Source: a virus
Taxonomy: Duplodnaviria; Caudoviricetes
Direction: 5' to 3' (one strand)
DNA length: 43,428 nt
Virus record (IMG/VR): IMGVR_UViG_3300017655_000238
Span: 1 to 43,428 of that record
Part shown: in pieces, positions 1 through 8,876 of the stretch
How positions within the stretch are numbered: the first letter of the stretch is position 1
Layout: every line of letters starts with the position of its first letter
Made by a program: the position numbers and the translations under genes
Notes under the pieces: generated by a model
The model's input: only the letters and a program-made list of their open reading frames with translations
Databases searched by the model: none
What the model was told of the DNA's origin: nothing

Positions 1-153
1 GGCCATTACCTCGGGATTGGCGCCGGTCCTGACTTTTACTTCGTTGCTTCAGTGATTCCTGAGCCCACGACTTATGCCCTCTTTCTGGCGGCAGGAGCCC
101 TGCTCGTAGCGAAAACGCGCAAAAGCAAAGCCCAAGGCAATCTGCCCGGCTGA
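1..153 (+). CDS. C-terminal fragment of a PEP-CTERM sorting-domain protein (host gene)
   Basis: Frame 1 reads ...VIPEPTTYALFLAAGALLVAKTRKSK...PG* (PEP motif, TM helix, basic tail); TGA at 151-153. Not in the ORF track because it lacks a start. Confidence 0.85.
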   Translation, partial: GHYLGIGAGPDFYFVASVIPEPTTYALFLAAGALLVAKTRKSKAQGNLPG

Positions 154-220
154 CTAGGTCCACTGAGAGGCTCCGACATTTCTCGGAAAGTGCCCTTCAG
201 AAACTGCAGACCATTGCATC

Positions 221-246
221 CAGGCGGACGAGGGAGACTCGAACCC
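221..246 (-). other. Degenerate tRNA 3'-end fragment, putative att scar of the left island
   Basis: Reverse complement GGGTTCGAGTCTCCCTCGTCCGCC: T-loop-like TTCGAGT and ...TCCGCC end, similar to the tRNA fragment at 5079-5110 and in the same orientation. Confidence 0.5.
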
Positions 247-273
247 AAGTCCGCCAACTTTCCGTTTCCCTCA

Positions 274-437
274 GAGGCTGTGAAAAAATGATTTTAATGG
301 CCTCGGAGCCCCTATTTTTAGCCTATAACGAAATTCTGCCGACCGCCTGTATTCAGGAAATACAGAAGGAAGGAGGAATGCAGTTAGAGGCAAAAAGAGG
401 TGCTCCATGGCCTTTGAAGGACTTTTTTCACAGCCTC
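274..437. mobile_element. MITE / non-autonomous IS remnant (IS5/IS1182-like ends)
   Basis: 15-bp terminal inverted repeats GAGGCTGTGAAAAAA (274-288) and TTTTTTCACAGCCTC (423-437), flanked by a TCA direct repeat (271-273, 438-440); no transposase inside. Confidence 0.7.
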
Positions 438-718
438 TCAGGAAAAGGTTGCCCGAAGGATCGGAAGAGAGAGCCGATCGCTCTCCACAGGCCCATTCTG
501 CCAAGGCGAGCCAGGATCAAGGCAACTGTGGCCAATTCCACGCCGCCAGAAGAAGCAGGCACTCCCTGCTGTACTCGTGGATATTGGAAAGCATGCGCAG
601 GCTTACCCTGGCGGGGGAGCCCTCCAAAATAAAGCGCAACTCCAGCCTCCGTCCCTCCGGGCACGGTGGTTTCGCAAGCGTTCCGTCCACCACCCTTTAT
701 AGGAGAAACTCAAAAGAT

Positions 719-1615
719 TTAGCCGATTGTTTCACAGGAGGCGATTTCTGCCAACTCCTGATAGAGATCCGCATGTCTGGCTTTAAGGAAGCGAACGATC
801 CGAGTATTGGCGAGCAGTTTTTTAAGAAAGCCACGAAACAGAGTTAACTGAAGCATGCTTCCCGCGAACGTTTGCTCACAAACCTTATACTCCTTCTGAA
901 GAGAATCCATTTCCACCTCCATTCGGTGCAGTTCTTCTGGCCGGATTTTCCTGTTCCTCGGAATGGCTTTCCCCACCAGCTTCTCGCGCGGAGTCGCCAT
1001 AACAAGAGCTTCCACGTAAGGCTTCGTATAATTTCCTGCACCAGATAGAAGGTCAACAATCTCTATCTGACGACTGGTGATCACCCTCTTCAGCAGGTTT
1101 AGTGTGCCCCGGGAGACCTGCTTGTCTTTCAATACATTGACGACCTCCCGGCAGAGCCCCTCCGTTATCCTCATGCTTGCCCTGATATGCGCTTCATCCC
1201 GGTGGAGGGCCGCAGCGATCCTCGCGACCGGAACACCGCCTTCGATCGCCTTGAGGATCATACGTTGCTCCTGAATAGGAGCCAATCGGTTGACCTTGGC
1301 GTTGTATGTGTAGCTCTCATCTTCAGAAGCGATAAGACACTCCACTTCTGTTATTCCAAGCTCCCGGCAAGCTGCGAAACGGTAGTGCCCATCCATGAGG
1401 AGATAGAAGTCTTTCACTCCTTTTTGCGGGTAAACAATCAAAGGCTCGATCAGACCTGTTTCCGGGATCGAAGTGACAATCGCTCGGTAGCGGGAGAATT
1501 TCTTGCCGGTTGCATCAATTTGACGAATCGGAAGAATCCGATTGATCGGCAATATCAAACGGTTCATTCCAAACGCGATCTTCGGTTCTTTAGGTTTATT
1601 TTTGCTTTCGCTCAT
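719..1615 (-). CDS. ParB N-terminal domain protein with RepB-like C-terminal domain
   Basis: SIPETGLIEPLIV...LLMDGHYRFAAC (ParB/Srx GxxR motif), followed by a helical C-terminus; last gene of the recombinase operon. Confidence 0.8.
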   Translation of the reverse strand: MSESKNKPKEPKIAFGMNRLILPINRILPIRQIDATGKKFSRYRAIVTSIPETGLIEPLIVYPQKGVKDFYLLMDGHYRFAACRELGITEVECLIASEDESYTYNAKVNRLAPIQEQRMILKAIEGGVPVARIAAALHRDEAHIRASMRITEGLCREVVNVLKDKQVSRGTLNLLKRVITSRQIEIVDLLSGAGNYTKPYVEALVMATPREKLVGKAIPRNRKIRPEELHRMEVEMDSLQKEYKVCEQTFAGSMLQLTLFRGFLKKLLANTRIVRFLKARHADLYQELAEIASCETIG

Positions 1616-1619
1616 AAGG

Positions 1620-2492
1620 TCAGATTTTGGGTGCAGTCCGATTGTCGAGTTCCTTTGGAACGGAGGTTACCCCTTCGGCACGCAGAAGGTTCAGGAAATC
1701 GTGATCCGCAAATAGATTTCTGAATGCTTCGACGACAAAGATCCTACGGGCATCGCAGATTTGTGTTTTTCGAACGAGAGATTTCTGTCGTTGGGTTTCC
1801 TTTTTTAAGGTATCGATAATTCTCTCGGCCGTTCGACTCTTATTGGCTCCTGGGTATCCTTTGAGTTTCTTACTGAAGGCGTTCCGTTGAGCAAGAACCC
1901 TTCTAACAACGCGAATTTTTTCTTGATTGATGTGTCCATTCTCATATGCAGTGAGGAACTCACGCTGTTGCTCTTTGGTCTCAGCCTTCGCAATCTCAAT
2001 AGCAACCCCAAGGGGGATCTTGCCATTCATCGTTTCATAGATCAACCGCTCTTCTCCCGCGTTGTTCAGAGTAAGCAGCCCACCAACAGTGCCATCTGAA
2101 ATATCAAGCTTTCTTCCTATATCTACATTGTTGTAGCCTTGCGTTTTCAAGCGGAGAATCTCTTCAACCAGATCCTGCGGTGTAACCGTACGTCGCACCA
2201 TATTTTCCACGAGACTCATGAGCATACTTGTCTCCTTATCTGCTTCGACAATAATTGCAGGGATATGCGTGAATCCAAGGCTCTCAAACGCTTCTTTTCG
2301 TCCTTGGCCGCAAATCAGGTCGTAGAAAGGCTTTTCGCCCGTTTTAGTGGTGTGAAGGGTAACTTGAATAGGCTTCTTTAGGCCGGATTTTCTGATACTT
2401 TCCACCACCAGGGTAAATTTTCTCTTGTCACGATGACGTGGGTTAGGCACCCGTATACGATCGATTGGAATATTAATTACTTCGTTATTCAT
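1620..2492 (-). CDS. ParB/RepB/Spo0J-like protein
   Basis: IPIDRIRVPNPR...SIRKSGLKKPIQV...LICGQGRKEAF...SLVENMVR plus an HTH-like segment; start overlaps the recombinase stop (ATGA). Confidence 0.85.
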   Translation of the reverse strand: MNNEVINIPIDRIRVPNPRHRDKRKFTLVVESIRKSGLKKPIQVTLHTTKTGEKPFYDLICGQGRKEAFESLGFTHIPAIIVEADKETSMLMSLVENMVRRTVTPQDLVEEILRLKTQGYNNVDIGRKLDISDGTVGGLLTLNNAGEERLIYETMNGKIPLGVAIEIAKAETKEQQREFLTAYENGHINQEKIRVVRRVLAQRNAFSKKLKGYPGANKSRTAERIIDTLKKETQRQKSLVRKTQICDARRIFVVEAFRNLFADHDFLNLLRAEGVTSVPKELDNRTAPKI

Positions 2493-4051
2493 AGCAGATT
2501 TTTAATGTCCACACGTTCAGCCATTCGGAAAAAGAACGAGAGATCGTCCACCCGGTAAGCGTCCAGTTCAATTTGATTTTCGTCGGCTAACCGTCGACTC
2601 GTCGCAAAAGGGGTTATGTCAAGGGCGGGAAGAAGGTAATAATCCTGAATGGTCTTATTACCAGAACAGAGCCTGGCAGCTATGGTAAGGTCCGGATTAA
2701 GCGCTGAGTCCAGGCGGACTAACCAACGGGACGATCCGCGACCAGTCGTAAAGTGCCGGCAAAGCACGATCGATACCCATATCTCGTGATTGATCAAGAG
2801 CAGGTCCGTTTCTCGATCCAGTTCAATTCCAGCACCCATTTGTTCGAGATGAAAAATAATTTCGCGAAACAGCTCCGGACGCATTCTACGAATTGCCCGA
2901 TTATCTTCAATAAAAGTATAGTCAACCGGGGGCGAGTAACCGATCAGAAAATACGCTTTTATCAGGCTTCCAAAGCGATAGCGGAAAGCCGCGCTTGAGG
3001 GCATTTCCTCATTCTCATCAATCAGAATCCCAGAGATTCGACCGTGCTTCCTGAAGAGGTTCTGTAATTTCTCCAGCATCTCTTTATCGGAGAGTTTTCG
3101 ACTTCGCTCAAGAATGATTTCCTGTGCCCTGCGGAATATTTCCTTATCAATGACCGGTGGCCATGCCTCGTCTGCTCGAATCCAGTGCTCGGGCGAATTT
3201 TTAACGTGCTTTGCTTTCAGTTTAAATGAGGTCCGGTGGTAGACATTATTACCGATGTATTTTTCGTTGGTAAGAATCTGATGAACCGTTGCGCGACTCC
3301 AAGGGCGGTTGAAGTCAGTTCGTATTCCACGGCAATTAAGCGCCAATGCTATCTCGGATTCACTGAGGCTTTCCCGGATAAACGCGTCGTAGATCCATCT
3401 CACCTCGATAATCTCATCCTCGGGCCCGGGCACCAGTACGACTCGGTCTGTCTGAATGCTTTTGTGCTCGCCAATCTTAAGAAGCCCCTTCCGCTGACCG
3501 CTCTGGTCAATCAACATTCGGCGGAGGCCAAATCCGGCAGTCCCTCCCTGCTTGTAGCCCATTTGAATCAGGCGACACGCTCCCTGAAAGACTTTAGCGG
3601 AAAGTTCGAGACTGTAGGTCCCGGCCATCACCCGCTTCATCATCTTGTTCATATTCGCCATCATGCTGCCGTCATTCTCAAACTGTTCGGCACAATAATG
3701 AACGGCGATGCCGTGCTGACGGCAGATAAACTCGTAGTGCGCACCTTCGTCTGAATCCTGAAAGCGTCCCCAGCGGCTGATGTCATAGACCAAAATTGAT
3801 CCAAAGTCATTTTGCCCCGATTCCACATCGGAGAACATTCTGGCAAGAGCCTTGCGTCCTTTAATACTCAAGCCGCTTTTTCCCTCGTCCGAATAGATTC
3901 GAACGATCTCCATTCCCCTTTGGGAAGCATACTCTTGAATCACATCCATCTGATTACTTGTCGAATACTTCTGGTGCTCGGTTGACATCCGGACATAGGC
4001 GGCAGCCTTAATGGTGGGGGTCGCAATTTCAGTCTCTCTCATTTCGTTCAC
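2489..4051 (-). CDS. Large serine recombinase (resolvase + recombinase domains, extended C-terminus)
   Basis: AAAYVRMSTEHQ catalytic Ser motif, YSDEGKSG, VYDISRWGR, and WSRATVHQILTNEKYIG recombinase motif. Confidence 0.92.
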   Translation of the reverse strand: MNEMRETEIATPTIKAAAYVRMSTEHQKYSTSNQMDVIQEYASQRGMEIVRIYSDEGKSGLSIKGRKALARMFSDVESGQNDFGSILVYDISRWGRFQDSDEGAHYEFICRQHGIAVHYCAEQFENDGSMMANMNKMMKRVMAGTYSLELSAKVFQGACRLIQMGYKQGGTAGFGLRRMLIDQSGQRKGLLKIGEHKSIQTDRVVLVPGPEDEIIEVRWIYDAFIRESLSESEIALALNCRGIRTDFNRPWSRATVHQILTNEKYIGNNVYHRTSFKLKAKHVKNSPEHWIRADEAWPPVIDKEIFRRAQEIILERSRKLSDKEMLEKLQNLFRKHGRISGILIDENEEMPSSAAFRYRFGSLIKAYFLIGYSPPVDYTFIEDNRAIRRMRPELFREIIFHLEQMGAGIELDRETDLLLINHEIWVSIVLCRHFTTGRGSSRWLVRLDSALNPDLTIAARLCSGNKTIQDYYLLPALDITPFATSRRLADENQIELDAYRVDDLSFFFRMAERVDIKNLL

Positions 4052-4668
4052 ACCACCGATCTTGGCGGATCTTTTCCGGAAGGTAAGAATACAGTTGTGT
4101 GGACGCCCTTGTTTCGATGTTTAGAACAAAAAGGCTGATGACAGAGATACGCCCCGAAAAGCGTTACGCGGGACTGTTTCGTAAGCCTCAATGTAGCCGC
4201 CCCGATGTCCCCCAACGCCTTTTTGAGTGAACACCAGCAATGAAGCGGGGTACCCGTAGGCATGGGGAACTCGAAATCCTTGCGAATTTTTGAGACGAGA
4301 AAAGGAAGCCAATCTGCAAACCGCTTCCAGTACCGGACGAGCATATAAGTCCATTGCGGAGGAGCCGCGCTTGATCCGCCCCGGAAATAACGATCGATGA
4401 TCCGGCTTGCCGCCAAACGGTAGGGCTGAGAGAAGGCAGGCAGGATACTGATCGTACGCCGACAACTGGTACACCTGAATCTCCTGACAAGAAAGCGAAG
4501 GTAGGCAGGGCACCCTTGCGATATAATCCCACGTTCATAGTAGCCGAGGGCTTGCAGTTTCCCTGACCGGCCGCAGTTCGGGCACAGCTTCGGAGGCTTA
4601 ACCCTCGTATGAAGCTTCTCACGGATGTAGGCTTCGGGAGATTCGCCTAAATCAGAAATGATCTGCAT
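4048..4668 (-). CDS. DUF6431-like zinc-ribbon protein (transposon-associated)
   Basis: CPNCG...GYYER...VRRFRCTSCRRTISILPAFSQPY; likely start ATG 4668 (MQIISD), although the ORF is open to 4797; stop overlaps the recombinase start. Confidence 0.65.
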   Translation of the reverse strand: MQIISDLGESPEAYIREKLHTRVKPPKLCPNCGRSGKLQALGYYERGIISQGCPAYLRFLVRRFRCTSCRRTISILPAFSQPYRLAASRIIDRYFRGGSSAAPPQWTYMLVRYWKRFADWLPFLVSKIRKDFEFPMPTGTPLHCWCSLKKALGDIGAATLRLTKQSRVTLFGAYLCHQPFCSKHRNKGVHTTVFLPSGKDPPRSVV

Positions 4669-5078
4669 AAGCCCGAAAAGTGGGTCAAGAGCCGTTTCTC
4701 TTAACGGCAGTGAAGATAAACCCAGCTCCTTGAGGAATTTGTTGTGTGCTCCTGTTTCTTCTTTGATCTTCTCTTCCAAAACCGACCATGTCGGCATTCA
4801 CTTGAGCCAGATCAATCTCCTCCTCGGGTACTTGCCCCGCGCCAGCCATCGCCACCACCGACTGGCACCAAAACGAGGATGGTACGTGGCGCACCTCGGC
4901 GCGGCAGCACGAGGCGCTGGTCTGTGAGTAGTAGCCCTGCCGTGCGCGGACCGTGCAAAAGGGTTTCAGCGACGTTGCAGGCGGCGGAAAATCAGCGCGA
5001 AAAACAGCAAAATTCCTAAACCATTGAGATTTTTTCTCATTTCGCGTGAGACGGTACAAAAATAGTCCAGACGAAGTC

Positions 5079-5110
5079 TGGTGGCGGATGGGGGGGGATT
5101 CGAACCCCCG
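5079..5110 (-). other. Prophage att site: duplicated 3' end of a tRNA (probably tRNA-Ser)
   Basis: Reverse complement CGGGGG-TTCGAAT-CCCCC-CCCATCC-G-CCA(CCA): intact T-arm, acceptor 3' strand, G discriminator and CCA. No 5' half upstream; ~100 bp from the integrase. Confidence 0.8.
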
Positions 5111-5216
5111 TTGTGCTATGAGTGATTTCACGAGGGTCCCGAAACAGTTTCTCTATGGTAGAGTGAACGGTATTCTTTAGAAAACCTTGCCGGAACCGCT
5201 CTGCCTGTTGTAAGCC

Positions 5217-6407
5217 ATGTTGCAAATGGCTTCTCTCCGAAAAATCCCCGGCTGTAAAAATTGGATCGCGTGCTTCACCGATAAAGATGGGCGACGCAGG
5301 CAACGTTCTACCAGCGAGACGGACCGAAAGAAAGCGCAGAAGATTGCGGACGGGTATGAGACGGCGGCCCGGCAGAAGAGGACCGTCCGGCAGATCCGCA
5401 GCGTGCTCTCTGAATTGTCAGAGATGGTTACGGGAGAGGGGCTCAAGGTCGTCTCCTTTGGCGGATACGTGAAGGACTGGCTGGAGCGTAAAACTCACGA
5501 AGTGTCCGATTCTACCAAAGTATCGTACGAGGATGCGCTTCAATCGTTCGTCGTCTTTCTGGGCCCAAAAGCGGAGAGGGAAATTTCGGACATTACCGAG
5601 ACTGAGGTGGTGGCTTTTCGCAACGCCAGGATGGAGGCGGGATTCGCAAGGCCGACGGTCAACAAGGCGCTGAAATCGCTGCGCTTGATTTTCAAGGAGG
5701 CGAGGTCCGAAGGATTGATTGCCGATGATCCCACGGAGTTCGTTAAGGCGGTGAAGGAAACGGGAGGGGCGAATCAAAACGATCGACGACCCTTCACCCG
5801 GGATGAGATCGACCTGGTGTTGAAGCGGTGCAGCCCGGAGTGGCGCTCCATGGTGCTCTTTGGGCTCTACACCGGCCAGCGGCTTTCTGACCTCGCCCTG
5901 CTGACTTGGGGGAACATTGACCTTCCGGCGCGTGAACTGCGGATGGTGGCCAGCAAGACCAGCAAGACGATTGTGATCCCGCTTGCAGGGCCGCTATGGG
6001 AGCACGTCCAGTGTCTGCTTAAACCCACGCCGCCGGACACCGTTGTGACCAAACGGTCACCATCGACCCCGATCCACCGTGAATGCTACGACCTGCGGGC
6101 GAAGACAAAGGGGTCAGCCGGGTTGAGTAATGCGTTCGCGAAGATCCTCGAAGCAGCGGGCTTGCGGGAGAAATCGACGAAACAGAAGCTCGAAGGTGGC
6201 CGGGGCCGGAGCGCCCCCCGCAAAAGCCGCGGGCTTTCTTTCCACTGCCTGCGCCACACGGCCGTGACGATGCTCAAGGAAGCAGGCATCCCGGCAGCGG
6301 TGGTGATGGAGCTGGTCGGGCATGACTCGAAGGCGGTCAGCCAGCATTACACCCACGTGGGAAGCGAGGCGTTGAGGAAGGCGGCAGAGGCGTTTCCGGA
6401 GTTGTGA
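5217..6407 (+). CDS. int: Tyrosine recombinase (phage integrase)
   Basis: YTGQRLSD (R), SKT (K), FHCLRH (HxxR), LVGH, HYTH (Y); adjacent to the att site. Confidence 0.95.
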   Translation: MLQMASLRKIPGCKNWIACFTDKDGRRRQRSTSETDRKKAQKIADGYETAARQKRTVRQIRSVLSELSEMVTGEGLKVVSFGGYVKDWLERKTHEVSDSTKVSYEDALQSFVVFLGPKAEREISDITETEVVAFRNARMEAGFARPTVNKALKSLRLIFKEARSEGLIADDPTEFVKAVKETGGANQNDRRPFTRDEIDLVLKRCSPEWRSMVLFGLYTGQRLSDLALLTWGNIDLPARELRMVASKTSKTIVIPLAGPLWEHVQCLLKPTPPDTVVTKRSPSTPIHRECYDLRAKTKGSAGLSNAFAKILEAAGLREKSTKQKLEGGRGRSAPRKSRGLSFHCLRHTAVTMLKEAGIPAAVVMELVGHDSKAVSQHYTHVGSEALRKAAEAFPEL

Positions 6408-6429
6408 GCGCGCCGACTGACGAAAAGGA

Positions 6430-6870
6430 TCACATTATAGGGACCGCTTTCACGACAGGAATGCCCGTTCCTGACTGATTGAGATCGGAAATGAGGCGAT
6501 CGCGGAAATTGTTGGTTTTGCCGCGCCCGGAAATGATGAGCGTTCCGCTTCCATTGACATCGAACCGATAGCCTTTTACCGCTCTTCCATTTTGCGTAAC
6601 GCCAGTTACCGGCACCGCCAAAACGGAGGTGTCCCAGGTGTCAGCTAAAAAGCGGAAACGTGCTTGATAGCCCTTAACCGGCCCTTCGATCTTTTTGATC
6701 CTATGAGAGGGAAAGGATATGGCCATGTTTACGGCAATGAATGAAAGCGCCTGAGCCTCGTTAAGCTGGTACACAACACCGGGCTTTCCGTCTCGCGGTG
6801 ATCCAGTGGAGTAACTCGTTGCGCAGCCCGTCAAACAGATGACGCCAATGAAAGAGAGAATGAATTTCAT
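6430..6870 (-). CDS. Predicted lipoprotein (moron)
   Basis: MKFILSFIGVICLTG-C lipobox. Confidence 0.7.
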   Translation of the reverse strand: MKFILSFIGVICLTGCATSYSTGSPRDGKPGVVYQLNEAQALSFIAVNMAISFPSHRIKKIEGPVKGYQARFRFLADTWDTSVLAVPVTGVTQNGRAVKGYRFDVNGSGTLIISGRGKTNNFRDRLISDLNQSGTGIPVVKAVPIM

Positions 6871-6882
6871 GAGGTTAGAATT

Positions 6883-7194
6883 CTACTGAGGTGGACGAAA
6901 GAACGCCGAAGCTGCCAATCCTATGAGCGCCACGATATCCAAAACTTCCCAAACGTCTCGGTCAAAATGGATTGGGAGGATCGGGTTGAAGGTGATTGCC
7001 ATCGCTCCGAAGAAGAACATCACGAAGGTTTTCCATCCTTCGGATCGGCTGCTGTTTGCGTTCTCCCAAATTGCGCCAATAGCGGCGGCGCAGACCGTCC
7101 AGCGTAGAAGCTGGTAATAGCCCTTTGGCATGTCGGCGAAGCTGAAGAGAAGGGCGACCCAGGCGAGAATCTTTAAGATGAGAATGTTCTTCAT
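6883..7194 (-). CDS. DUF6804-like small membrane protein
   Basis: MPKGYYQLLRW...AITFNPILPIHFDRDVWEVLD motif; about four hydrophobic helices. Confidence 0.7.
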   Translation of the reverse strand: MKNILILKILAWVALLFSFADMPKGYYQLLRWTVCAAAIGAIWENANSSRSEGWKTFVMFFFGAMAITFNPILPIHFDRDVWEVLDIVALIGLAASAFFRPPQ

Positions 7195-7215
7195 CTATTG
7201 TCTGCGATTCAATAA

Positions 7216-7941
7216 TCAGGGTGTCGAAACCTCTTCAAGTAACTCCTCCATTGCCGAGAATGAAGCCTCCATATACTTCTGATCGAACTGGCTTATCACG
7301 CTAAACAAAGAGAATACTTTAAGCGCATCATGAAACTCCGTTACTTCGGTGTCGCAAATCTCTGGATGCCCTCTACTTGATGAACTTAATGCGATTCTAC
7401 AAAGGTGGTGTTGAATAACACTAGCGGGATTCCCGCCAGATGTAAGCACATCCCTATAAAATCGAATCCTTTGTTTTGAAATTTCATTTAGGGAATCTCG
7501 ACTAATGGGCAGATGTTCACTTGAAATATCAAGCAGTGTGCTAAGCATTTCTATATACTGCTTTTTGTATATTTCAACTGAAATGTTCTTATTTAGAAGC
7601 CATATAGTAGCCACTGATATTCTAAAACATCCGTACTCGAAACTCACGGGTCCACTTGGTAAACCAATTTTAGAGAGAGATGATGATAAATCTTTCCCAA
7701 AGGTTCCCAAAAACACCCCTAGGCTTTTAATGTGAATCCTCCCCGGCTTTGACTGCCTACTAATAATGTCCCTGGCAATAGCTCCACGGGAGGCTTCCCT
7801 TTCCTTAGTTTGACGCTGAGGCTTTAGTAGTTTTTCTGTGGGATCGTCATCGTATCCGTCTCTACTGAAAAGATTAAAATAAACATATCCCGCTATCAAA
7901 AGCGATATTAAAAGACAAACAATAAACGTTCCCATATTCAC
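7216..7941 (-). CDS. Hypothetical protein with N-terminal membrane anchor (AT-rich moron)
   Basis: Hydrophobic N-terminus; visibly AT-rich; start overlaps the repressor stop. Confidence 0.6.
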   Translation of the reverse strand: MNMGTFIVCLLISLLIAGYVYFNLFSRDGYDDDPTEKLLKPQRQTKEREASRGAIARDIISRQSKPGRIHIKSLGVFLGTFGKDLSSSLSKIGLPSGPVSFEYGCFRISVATIWLLNKNISVEIYKKQYIEMLSTLLDISSEHLPISRDSLNEISKQRIRFYRDVLTSGGNPASVIQHHLCRIALSSSSRGHPEICDTEVTEFHDALKVFSLFSVISQFDQKYMEASFSAMEELLEEVSTP

Positions 7942-8831
7942 CTCATCTTTCTAATGACCTGATCGACCGGATAGCACCAGGCGAGTTCGCTGGCGTCTGC
8001 GGAAATCATATCGTAAGCGGGGTTGGAGGAGATAAGCCGATAGGTGGTGCCGACGCGCTCCAGTTTCTTGAAGACGACGCCACCTTCCTTTAGCCGGGCA
8101 ATCACGTAATCTCCGGTTTGCGCTTCGTAGGAGGGGCAGATGACGGCGATGGAGCCCTCTGGAAACTCCGGGGACATGGAATCGCCCTTGATGCGGACGG
8201 CGATTGCTTTGGCGTCGCGAACGTCGTAGGCGGTGATGGTTTCATAATCATAAATTCCGTCCGTGTAGTCGGTGAGTTCGCCTGCCTGGGCCATTGAAAT
8301 GAGGGGGATGTTCTTTGCTTTGATTCCGTCGGTGGTGACGACGTTGGAGATGGAGCCGACGGTGCCCTCCCCTACTCCGAGTGATGGCACCTGATCCGAA
8401 CCGCGCATGAGGTCTTCTTTTTCGAGGCCGAGCACGGAGGCGACCTTTTCCGCGAATTTCTCGGAGAGTCGCGCCCCGGCGTCTTCGAGCGCCTGGATAT
8501 ACCCGATGCCGTAGCCGGTGGCGCGAGCCAGATCCTTCTGGGTCATTCCCTTTGCCTCGCGGGCGGCTTTCAGGAGGGTGCGGGGCGTTGAAGCTGACGA
8601 AGTGGAGGGAAGCTCCAGGGCATCCAATTTTGATACCACTTTTTGACTGGGCCGTTTCTCTCCCTTCTCAATCGACCAGACGTATCCCTTCGTAATCCCC
8701 AGAGCGACAGCCATTTGCTCCTGTGTCATGCCCAGTTTTGAGCGAACGGATTTCACCCTTTTCGAAAAATCTTCGGGTGGTGCCACTTTTTTGGTTGCCC
8801 CAATAACACTTTTGGTACTACTTTCTTTCAT
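7938..8831 (-). CDS. CI-like repressor with two XRE HTH domains and an S24 peptidase domain
   Basis: RSKLGMTQEQMA and REAKGMTQKDLA HTHs; AG cleavage site (AQAG), KGDSMSP (Ser), VFKKL (Lys). Start uncertain (ATG 8831; ORF open to 8870). Confidence 0.9.
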   Translation of the reverse strand: MKESSTKSVIGATKKVAPPEDFSKRVKSVRSKLGMTQEQMAVALGITKGYVWSIEKGEKRPSQKVVSKLDALELPSTSSASTPRTLLKAAREAKGMTQKDLARATGYGIGYIQALEDAGARLSEKFAEKVASVLGLEKEDLMRGSDQVPSLGVGEGTVGSISNVVTTDGIKAKNIPLISMAQAGELTDYTDGIYDYETITAYDVRDAKAIAVRIKGDSMSPEFPEGSIAVICPSYEAQTGDYVIARLKEGGVVFKKLERVGTTYRLISSNPAYDMISADASELAWCYPVDQVIRKMR

Positions 8832-8876
8832 CAACACCCCCTTATCTGAAAAAGTGAAGTCGATACACAAAATCTC

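Larger units (their letters stand above)
221..5078. mobile_element. Putative integrative island with serine recombinase and two ParB-like genes
   Basis: Bounded by two same-orientation tRNA 3'-end-like sequences; lower GC than the prophage; encodes a recombinase. Confidence 0.5.

Noticed and set aside
288-718. Short ORFs over the MITE and adjacent spacer
   Set aside because: No motifs, and they overlap a non-coding repeat element; likely spurious.
5079-5170. Complete tRNA gene
   Set aside because: Only the T-arm and acceptor 3' strand are present; no matching 5' acceptor, D-arm or anticodon arm. Treated as an att copy.
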